Source: an uncultured Erysipelotrichaceae bacterium (GTDB taxonomy: Bacteria; Bacillota_I; Bacilli_A; RFN20; CAG-826). From it: a DNA stretch of 64,000 nt. Each line of letters begins with the position of its first letter. Position 1 is the stretch's first letter. Under the pieces are notes generated by a model. The model did no database searches, was not told the origin of the DNA, and saw nothing but the letters and a program-made list of their open reading frames with translations. Below are positions 1 to 7,049 of this stretch, in pieces. The DNA is taken from NCBI GenBank assembly GCA_900314865.1, contig OMWW01000007.1, positions 9,917-73,916 of the forward strand, given 5' to 3'. The position numbers were made by a program, and so were the translations under genes.

Positions 1-80
1 TCTTTGTTATTTCTCTTATTTTACTTATTGTAATACTACTAGTAGTATTTGGACTTAAATTATTCTAAGGAGCAAGAAAG

Positions 81-755
81 ATGAAAATTAGTATCGCTAT
101 TGATGGACCTGCTGCTGCAGGAAAAAGCACTGTTGCCAAAAAGATTGCTGAGATTTTAGGCTATACCTATATTGATACTGGTGCAATGTATCGTGCTTTT
201 ACCTGGTATTGTATGGAAAAAGGTGTTGACTGTCAAAATGAAAGTCAATGTGTAGCCTTAATTCCTGAAGTCACTATCAAACTTAGGCCAAATGGTTTAG
301 TCCTTTGTAATGATATTGATGTAACTAGAGAAATTAGAGAACCTAGAGTAAGCGCGAACGTCAGTTATATTGCTTCTTATAAAGACATTCGTTTATTTCT
401 TGTTGATCAACAAAGAAAAATGGCGTCTAAACACTCTGTCATCATGGATGGAAGAGATATTGGAACATATGTTCTTCCTGATGCAGATGTTAAAATCTTC
501 CAAATTGCTTCTGTAGAAACACGCGCAGTTCGTCGTTATGACGAAAATATCGCTAAAGGAATTCCTTGTACTCTTGAAGAAATTGAAAACGATGTTCGTA
601 AAAGAGATTACATTGACTCTCATAGAGACTTTGCTCCTTTAAAATGTGCACCAGACGCGATTACTTTAGATACTTCATTCATGAGTGTTGATGAAGTAGT
701 GAATGCGATTATTGAAATTATTAATAAAAAATTGAAAGAAAAAGAAAATGCCTAA
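81..755 (+). CDS. cmk: Cytidylate kinase
   Basis: 224-aa ORF with P-loop GPAAAGKST and Cmk-like sequence throughout. Its stop overlaps the der start (ATGCCTAA). Confidence 0.9.
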   Translation: MKISIAIDGPAAAGKSTVAKKIAEILGYTYIDTGAMYRAFTWYCMEKGVDCQNESQCVALIPEVTIKLRPNGLVLCNDIDVTREIREPRVSANVSYIASYKDIRLFLVDQQRKMASKHSVIMDGRDIGTYVLPDADVKIFQIASVETRAVRRYDENIAKGIPCTLEEIENDVRKRDYIDSHRDFAPLKCAPDAITLDTSFMSVDEVVNAIIEIINKKLKEKENA

Positions 756-2067
756 AACCGTTGTCGCAATTGTTGGTAGTCCTAACGTTGGTAAATCCAC
801 GATTTTTAATCGTATCGTTGGTGATAGACGCGCAATTGTGGATGATGAAGCAGGTATTACAAGAGATAGATTATATGCAACCGCTAGTTGGTTAAAAAAA
901 TCATTCACTCTAATTGATACTGGTGGTATCGAATTAGCCAACAAGCCATTTCAAGAACAAATCAGAATACAAGCAAATATTGCGATCGATGAAGCTGATA
1001 TTATTGTTTTTGTTGTTGATGGAAAAGTTGGAGTAACTAGTGATGATGTCATGGTTTCCAAGATGCTTAGGAAGGTTAAAAAGCCAATCATTTTAGCGGT
1101 CAATAAAATTGATGAAGGACTGCAAGCTAGTAACGCTGCTGAATTCTATTCTCTAGGTTTAGGAGAACCAATTGCTGTTAGTGGCGCTCATGGTGTGGGT
1201 ATTGGTGATATCCTTAATCGAATCGTGGATTTAATTAAAGATGAAAAGGATGAAGAGCCTTCTGAAGCCGTTACATTCTCTTTAATTGGTCGTCCTAACG
1301 TAGGAAAATCATCTTTAACCAATGCGATTTTACATCAAGAAAGAGTTATCGTAAGTGATATTTCTGGAACGACTAGAGACTCGATTGATACCCCTTTTAA
1401 AAAAGATGGAAAAGACTATGTTGTTATCGACACTGCCGGATTAAAAAAGAAGGGAAAAATCTATGAAGCGATCGATAAATATTCTGCTATTCGTGCTTTA
1501 AAAGCTATTGAAAGAAGCGAGATTGTTTTGCTTGTTTTAGATGGTGAAAAAGGTATCTTAGAGCAAGACAAACACGTCATCCAATATGCCACTGATTTAC
1601 ATAAGGCAATCATCATCGTTGTGAACAAGTGGGATCTTGTTGATAAAGACACAAACACGATGTCTTCATTCACTAAAGAAATTAGGAAAGAATATAAGTT
1701 TTTGGACTACGCTCCTATCGTATATTTAAGTGCTTTAACTCGTAAAAGAATTGACACTCTTTTTGAGGCTTTAGACTTAGTTCATGAAGCATATCATACA
1801 AGGATTAAAACATCATTATTAAATGATGTATTACAAGAAGCACAAGTGATGAATCAGGCTCCAGATTTTAACGGAGGAAGATTGAAGATTTATTACGCGA
1901 CTCAAGTGCTTACTTGTCCACCAACAATTACATTAGTTGTTAATGATCCTAACTTTATGCATTTCTCGTATCAAAGGTATTTAGAAAATCGACTTAGAGA
2001 AACATTCAACTTTGACGGAACACCGATTAAATTCTCGTTAAAAAGGCATAGCAAAAAGGATGACTAA
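748..2067 (+). CDS. der: Ribosome-associated GTPase Der/EngA (tandem GTPase domains)
   Basis: Two G1 motifs (GSPNVGKST, GRPNVGKSS), two G3 motifs (DTGG, DTAG), NKID/NKWD G4 motifs and a KH-like C-terminus. Confidence 0.92.
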   Translation: MPKTVVAIVGSPNVGKSTIFNRIVGDRRAIVDDEAGITRDRLYATASWLKKSFTLIDTGGIELANKPFQEQIRIQANIAIDEADIIVFVVDGKVGVTSDDVMVSKMLRKVKKPIILAVNKIDEGLQASNAAEFYSLGLGEPIAVSGAHGVGIGDILNRIVDLIKDEKDEEPSEAVTFSLIGRPNVGKSSLTNAILHQERVIVSDISGTTRDSIDTPFKKDGKDYVVIDTAGLKKKGKIYEAIDKYSAIRALKAIERSEIVLLVLDGEKGILEQDKHVIQYATDLHKAIIIVVNKWDLVDKDTNTMSSFTKEIRKEYKFLDYAPIVYLSALTRKRIDTLFEALDLVHEAYHTRIKTSLLNDVLQEAQVMNQAPDFNGGRLKIYYATQVLTCPPTITLVVNDPNFMHFSYQRYLENRLRETFNFDGTPIKFSLKRHSKKDD

Positions 2068-2111
2068 GAACTATAATAATATTTAATAAAAGAGGAGATC
2101 TTTATTACATC

Positions 2112-2399
2112 ATGGAAAAATTAAATAAGAACGAGATCATTGAGATTGTCGCAGAAGCAACTCATATCTCAAAAGTAGAAGTCAAGAAAGTCATTGATAC
2201 TACCTTCGATTTAATTACCGACACACTTCTTGACGGACAAAGCGTTAACATCAAAAACTTCTGTGTGTTCGAACCAAAAACAAAGTCCGGTCGTAAAGGA
2301 ACACATCCTAAAAATCACACTGCGATCGACATCAAAGCAAAGAACACTGTTACAATCCATCTCTCTAAAGAATTCAAAGCCCGTTTAAACGAGGAATAA
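2112..2399 (+). CDS. hup: HU/IHF-family DNA-binding protein
   Basis: 95 aa with an HU-like fold signature (beta-arm region GRKGTHPKNH). AGGAG ribosome-binding site upstream. Confidence 0.8.
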   Translation: MEKLNKNEIIEIVAEATHISKVEVKKVIDTTFDLITDTLLDGQSVNIKNFCVFEPKTKSGRKGTHPKNHTAIDIKAKNTVTIHLSKEFKARLNEE

Positions 2400-2406
2400 T
2401 ATAAAT

Positions 2407-2431
2407 AGACCTATTTTATTAGGTCTTTTTT
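2407..2431 (+). terminator. Intrinsic terminator after hup
   Basis: AGACCTA/TAGGTCT stem followed by T5. Confidence 0.75.
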
Positions 2432-2469
2432 CTTCCAAAATGCCGATTTTCGGTAGATAATGTTTTTGT

Positions 2470-3156
2470 ATGGAAGTCTTGATTGATTCTAAACTTTTTG
2501 TTTATAAATCCCTAGAAACTCTCTTTTTTGAGCGTGGCCATAAACTATATTTAGTTGGTGGCACTGTTAGGGATTTTTTACTAAAAAAACCACTTGAAGA
2601 TATGGACCTTGTCACAGATGCTACACCAAGTGAAATGAAAGAATTTTTACTTGACGCTGACTATACTTTTGAGCGTTTTGGTAGTGTAAAACTTAAATAC
2701 CAAAATGTGAAGTTTGATATCACAACTTTAAGAAAAGAAAACGGCTATAGTGATCATCGTCATCCTAATAAAATCTCTTTCACTGATAAGCTTAGTGAAG
2801 ATGTTAATAGACGTGACTTAACAATTAATGGATTATATATGGACAAGGACTTAAAGGTCATCGATCTTGTTAACGGTCTATTTGATTTAAACAAACATCT
2901 TTTAAGAATGATTGGTGATCCTGACTTGAGACTTAAAGAAGATCCTTTAAGAATATTAAGGATATATAGATTTTCAATTGAAACCGGTTTTAAGATTGAT
3001 GATGACCTTAAAAAAGCGATTATTAATAACAAAGACTTAATTCTTAAACTTAATAAAGATAAGGTGCTTCAAGAGATTAATAAAAGTCATGATCGTGGCT
3101 TACTAATTGAAACATTAAAAAAAGACGGAATATTTGTAGATACAAATACCAAGTAG
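2470..3156 (+). CDS. Short (228 aa) CCA-adding/poly(A) polymerase-family tRNA nucleotidyltransferase, head/neck only
   Basis: GGTVRDFLL...DMDLVTD nucleotidyltransferase motif and RRDLTINGLY motif. About 160 aa shorter than typical Cca. Same neighbourhood (dnaD, nth) as B. subtilis cca. Confidence 0.7.
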   Translation: MEVLIDSKLFVYKSLETLFFERGHKLYLVGGTVRDFLLKKPLEDMDLVTDATPSEMKEFLLDADYTFERFGSVKLKYQNVKFDITTLRKENGYSDHRHPNKISFTDKLSEDVNRRDLTINGLYMDKDLKVIDLVNGLFDLNKHLLRMIGDPDLRLKEDPLRILRIYRFSIETGFKIDDDLKKAIINNKDLILKLNKDKVLQEINKSHDRGLLIETLKKDGIFVDTNTK

Positions 3157-3173
3157 TGATAAAGTAGATATAC

Positions 3174-3824
3174 ATGATTACTGAAGCCATTGATTTTAGA
3201 TATCTATTAATAGAGAACTATAAGAAATTAAAGATTAACGAAAATGAACTCGCGACCATTTTTGTGATTGATCATTTAATTGGGCAAGGAAATCCTTTTG
3301 TCACTAGTGATCTTTTATCTTTAAAGATGAGCCTTGATGTGAAGGATATTGATAAGATTCTTGCCAAATTAATCACTAAAGGTTTCTTCGAATATAAGAC
3401 TGTTGGTAAAAAAACAGTGGCCTCTTTAGAACCATTGAAACAAAAACTTTATCGTGAATTCCAAATCTTCCTTTCTAAAGAAGAAGAGGAAAAGAGCTCC
3501 AAGAGAATCTCTGAAGAATTAGATAATGTATATATCAATTTTGAAAAGCTTTTAAACCGCCCTCTTTCACCTGTGGAAGTGAGCAAAATCCATGAGTGGA
3601 TTAGCTATGGCTATTCTGATAAGCTCATCATCGATGCTTTAAAGGAGGCTATTAGTAGAGGCAAAAAGACTTTAAGAAGTGTTGATAAAATTTTGCTTTC
3701 GTGGTCACAAAGAGATGATTTAGAAAGTGAAGGTCACACACCTCTTAATAGTGATTGGGACAAAAACTTAGAAGAAACCATTAGAATTGCAAAAATACCT
3801 TGGGTTAAAAAAGACAATGATTAA
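3174..3824 (+). CDS. dnaD: DnaD-domain replication initiation/helicase-loading protein
   Basis: C-terminal DnaD/DnaB_2 repeat (LSPVEVSKIHEWISYGYSDKLIIDALKEAI). Synteny with nth. Confidence 0.75.
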   Translation: MITEAIDFRYLLIENYKKLKINENELATIFVIDHLIGQGNPFVTSDLLSLKMSLDVKDIDKILAKLITKGFFEYKTVGKKTVASLEPLKQKLYREFQIFLSKEEEEKSSKRISEELDNVYINFEKLLNRPLSPVEVSKIHEWISYGYSDKLIIDALKEAISRGKKTLRSVDKILLSWSQRDDLESEGHTPLNSDWDKNLEETIRIAKIPWVKKDND

Positions 3825-4440
3825 TAAAAGTAGAATGGAAATTATTTCTAACTACGTCGACTCACTTTTTCCTGATGCGAAATGTGAGCTTTTTTATAAC
3901 CATGATTACGAACTTGTGATTGCGGTCATGTTAAGTGCCCAAACAACTGATAAAGCAGTTAATGTTGTTACTCAAAAATTATTTAGTGACTTTAAAACAT
4001 TAAAAGAACTTGATAATGCTTCTTTAGAAGAAATTGAAGAAAGAATAAAATCTTTAGGATTATATAAAAACAAAGCAAAGAATATAAAAGGAATCACCCA
4101 TAAGCTTTTAACTGAATTTTCTGGAAAGGTTCCTAGTGATAAAGATTTATTACAAACTTTACCAGGCATTGGCAATAAAAGTGCTGGTGTGGTGAGGATT
4201 GAAGTCTTTAAGATTCCTGATTTACCAGTGGACACACATATTATTCGAATTTCTAATCGTTTAGGTATTGCTTCTAAAAACGATGAACCAATTGATATTG
4301 AAAAGAAATTAAAAAAGTTGATTCCGGAATCTCATTGGATTAAGACTCATCATCAACTTATTCATTTCGGTAGATATTTCTGTTTAGCTAAATCACCAAA
4401 ATGTAGTGAATGTCAGCTAAAGAAATACTGCAAATATTAG
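3817..4440 (+). CDS. nth: Endonuclease III
   Basis: HhH-GPD motif LPGIGNKSAGVV and C-terminal 4Fe-4S loop CX6CX2CX5C. The ORF opens at 3787, but the ATG at 3817 (MINKSRMEI) aligns with Nth N-termini and overlaps the dnaD stop. Confidence 0.88.
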   Translation: MINKSRMEIISNYVDSLFPDAKCELFYNHDYELVIAVMLSAQTTDKAVNVVTQKLFSDFKTLKELDNASLEEIEERIKSLGLYKNKAKNIKGITHKLLTEFSGKVPSDKDLLQTLPGIGNKSAGVVRIEVFKIPDLPVDTHIIRISNRLGIASKNDEPIDIEKKLKKLIPESHWIKTHHQLIHFGRYFCLAKSPKCSECQLKKYCKY

Positions 4441-5024
4441 AAATATTTTTTATCAATAGCCTCAATATATTTAAGGCGAGGATTATAGCCTTGTTCAATC
4501 TCCACTCCGTTTTCTTCAAAACAGGAATAGGGGATTGATTTTCTTTCTCCGTGTTCATAAAACTCAATCACGTATTTTGCATCAAGAAGGAATACTTTGT
4601 TTAAAGATTCAAAGTTAATAATGAAGAAAGCAATTCCTCCATGGAAGAGCACTCTTTTAAGATGATCAATTTGATGTTTGGTGATGTTATTGAGTGGAAA
4701 GGAAGTTTTGTTCTTTGTGTTTTTTGCTTCAAAATCGATGTAACGGGATTTATACACTCCGTTATAGTCGGTCGTGGATTGCTCTTCGAAATAAGCGTGA
4801 GTGATTTTCGCGCCTTTGGAGTAATCAACTTTCACTATATTAATAGGTGTAGGACGTTTGGTAATTAAACATATATCGTGATCTTTATAGTAGGCATTAG
4901 AAAGATTGATTTCATTTTCTAAATTCATTCCTCTATTGGCCGAACTTAAAGATATCTCCGCACTGGATTTATGCGACTTCCTACTTGTATTTGGTTTATA
5001 TTCTTGTCCGTTTGGGTATCTCAT
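4437..5024 (-). CDS. recU: Holliday junction resolvase RecU
   Basis: 195 aa with RecU-like sequence (GMNLENEIN..., DYNGVY, FEAK catalytic region). Confidence 0.85.
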   Translation of the reverse strand: MRYPNGQEYKPNTSRKSHKSSAEISLSSANRGMNLENEINLSNAYYKDHDICLITKRPTPINIVKVDYSKGAKITHAYFEEQSTTDYNGVYKSRYIDFEAKNTKNKTSFPLNNITKHQIDHLKRVLFHGGIAFFIINFESLNKVFLLDAKYVIEFYEHGERKSIPYSCFEENGVEIEQGYNPRLKYIEAIDKKYF

Positions 5025-5025
5025 T

Positions 5026-5751
5026 TTAGGCGATATAGTCTTTAAGATATTCAGTAAATTCTTCTGGTGTTACAGGTTCGTTATTGAGGAGTTTTCTAAG
5101 AACCTTATTGATTGGTTCTGGATTATAGCTATTTCTCTTTAAGTTTTTCATGAATTCCACTAAAACGATATCTTTGTCTTTCATGAAAACATCATAGAGT
5201 TTTGCTAAGTTGGTCGCATCATATTCTGGGTCGTGAGCGGTGCCGTCAAATGGAACACCAAATACTTCAAGATATCTTGTTAAGGATAAGACGTTACCTT
5301 TTTCATCTTTAATGAATTCAGAAATGATGCTTTGGAAATCAACATAGTTGCTTCTAATGATATTGCAAAGATCTTTAGGCGAGTCGAGGTTATATGACAT
5401 TGATTGTCCTAAGATTCTCATATCGTGGTTACCAAAGGTAATGAATGTTGATTTTTTAAACGCCATTCCACAATATTTTTTCAAGTCCTTCATTGCTTGG
5501 GAGAATGTTACGCCATATTTATTTAAATCTTTTTGAGTGATGCCGGTTAAACCTTCAACGAATTTACCGATTGCGTTTTTTGAACGGACATATCTTTTGA
5601 TTGGTTTCTTTTGTTTAACAATATAACCATTTTTATCAATGGTGACTAAGACCGCTCCATAGGCGATCATTTCATGCGAAAACTGAGTTCCTTCAAAATC
5701 CATGAAGACTAAGTGTTTATGACCTTTAAAGTTTTTTAATACTCGTTTCAT
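5026..5751 (-). CDS. DEDDh-type 3'-5' exonuclease (KapD/ERI-1-like)
   Basis: ExoI motif DFEGT, ExoII motif GNHDMRIL and ExoIII motif HDPEYDA. No SD before the ATG. Confidence 0.7.
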   Translation of the reverse strand: MKRVLKNFKGHKHLVFMDFEGTQFSHEMIAYGAVLVTIDKNGYIVKQKKPIKRYVRSKNAIGKFVEGLTGITQKDLNKYGVTFSQAMKDLKKYCGMAFKKSTFITFGNHDMRILGQSMSYNLDSPKDLCNIIRSNYVDFQSIISEFIKDEKGNVLSLTRYLEVFGVPFDGTAHDPEYDATNLAKLYDVFMKDKDIVLVEFMKNLKRNSYNPEPINKVLRKLLNNEPVTPEEFTEYLKDYIA

Positions 5752-5865
5752 ATCACGACTATATTAGAGTTATTGCTCCGTGTTTTCAAGATATTGTCAT
5801 CTCATAATAAAGTTTTTGAAAAATTTTTATTAAGTTAACTTAATAAGTAGTGAACCCGTAAAACT

Positions 5866-5912
5866 TTTTTCTAAAAAAATCGAAAAAGCCCCCTCTTATA
5901 TTTGTGAGGGGG
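5866..5912. repeat. Copy 1 of a ~47-nt terminator-like repeat (second copy at 16026-16071)
   Basis: TTTTTnCTAAAAAAATCGAAAAAGnCCCCTCTTATATTTGTGAGGGG is shared with two mismatches. Here the U-tract lies on the - strand. Confidence 0.85.
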
Positions 5913-6152
5913 TAAATATTACTTTCTCGGGAAAAGACAACCTTATGTCTTGACTATAGGCTTGTCAAACCAATAGTCGGGTTCATTTTTTCCAGGTTTT
6001 CTTCCCTAATAGTCAAGAGGTTTGACGCGCCTTAGAGACATAGGTGGAAAGGAAGCCATACTTATGGAAGAATTTCTTAATCTCCTTATGATTTGGTTAA
6101 TCATCTTGGAAATTAATAAGACCCTAAACCGCAAGGAATAGGGCCCAATCCT
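5882..6152 (-). ncRNA. Candidate ~270-nt sRNA, antisense to the mini-ORF
   Basis: The - strand carries TTGACA (6187-6182), a 17-nt spacer and TATTCT (6164-6159). A 7-bp GC stem (5889-5895/5906-5912) plus U-tract terminates on the - strand. No SD-led ORF on this strand. Confidence 0.35.
6064..6141 (+). CDS. Candidate 25-aa hydrophobic peptide MEEFLNLLMIWLIILEINKTLNRKE
   Basis: ATG is preceded by GAAAGGAAG (6047-6055). The ORF is enclosed by the 14-bp helix 5990-6003/6158-6172. Not in the ORF track because it is under 60 aa. Confidence 0.25.
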   Translation: MEEFLNLLMIWLIILEINKTLNRKE

Positions 6153-6319
6153 AAAATAAGAATAACCTGGAACCCCGTGGGTGTCAAGATTTGACTAGAC
6201 ACTATTTGTTGCTTAAAAAACGAAAGGAGGTGATGATAAAAAACATTATTAAGTATATATTCAATATATTTGTTAATTTTTCATAGAAAAATATTGTCGT
6301 ATAAGAGATAATATACTAT

Positions 6320-6682
6320 ATGGATAAAAAACTGAATTTCACTAGTGATGATTTACTCAATAAAAAGTTCTCTCATTCTGAATATGGTTACAACCCATTA
6401 GAGATTGACGAATACCTGGATAAAATTATTGAGGACTATGAGAAAATTGAAAACTCAAAACCAGCGTCCATTAGTGAAGAAGCCTTAAAAGAAATCCAAG
6501 CTTTAAAAAAAGAAAACGCTGCACTTAAAAGTGAACTTGAAAAAGAAAAGAATAAGTGGAAATACATTTCTAAAGACTACAAAGATATCCATATTGATAA
6601 CTACGAGTTACTCCTTCGTATCGGGAAGTTGGAGATGCTCATCTATGAAAAATTAAACATGAATCCCGATGACATTAAGTAA
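6320..6682 (+). CDS. gpsB: DivIVA-domain cell-cycle protein (GpsB-like)
   Basis: N-terminal DivIVA motif (FTSDDLLNKKFSHSEYGYNPLEIDEYLDKIIEDYE) plus a coiled coil. The gpsB-rnpB adjacency matches B. subtilis. Confidence 0.75.
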   Translation: MDKKLNFTSDDLLNKKFSHSEYGYNPLEIDEYLDKIIEDYEKIENSKPASISEEALKEIQALKKENAALKSELEKEKNKWKYISKDYKDIHIDNYELLLRIGKLEMLIYEKLNMNPDDIK

Positions 6683-6685
6683 AAA

Positions 6686-7027
6686 CCTTCGACCTCGATG
6701 ATTGCTGACTACTAGTTAGTTAGAGGAAAGTCCATGCTCGCACAATCTGTGATGATTGTAGTGATTACGCTAGTGGAAAAAATAACACTAGGCACGTAGG
6801 AGTACGTGACGGCGGAAATTAACCTAAATGGCAACACATGGTAAAATTCCTGAAAGTGCCACAGTGACGGAGCTTATTTGAAAGAATAAGGTGGAACGCG
6901 GTAAACCCCGTAAGTGAGAAACCCAAATTTGGTAGGGGAGACTTGATAGAGAAACGAATCGATTCAAGTAAGATTATTCTTAGATAAATTATCATCCTAG
7001 ACAAAACATGGCTTATAGGGTCGAAGA
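6686..7027 (+). ncRNA. rnpB: RNase P RNA, type B (Firmicutes-type)
   Basis: P1 pairing CCTTCGACC/GGTCGAAG. Contains GAGGAAAGTCCATGCTCGCAC (P4 5' strand), GAAAGTGCCACAGTGACGG, GGTAAACCCC and ACAAAACATGGCTTATAG (P4 3' strand). Confidence 0.95.
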
Positions 7028-7049
7028 CTCACTTTAAAAGGAGAGAGAT

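Noticed and set aside
6040-6070. SRP (4.5S/scRNA) domain IV, suggested by GGUGGAAAGGAAGCC.
   Set aside because: The flanks cannot form the GNRA-capped helix 8 with its symmetric and asymmetric loops (no NCC-GGAA-GGN closure). The similarity is limited to a purine run that also serves as the mini-ORF SD.
5882-6190. T-box or other known riboswitch leader controlling the exonuclease gene (- strand).
   Set aside because: No T-box consensus (GGGUGGnACCGCG-like) and no core motif of a riboswitch class I can recall. The exonuclease has its own promoter-like element downstream of the terminator.
6819-7004. 61-aa (-) ORF.
   Set aside because: It lies inside the RNase P RNA gene, antisense to conserved ribozyme core sequences.
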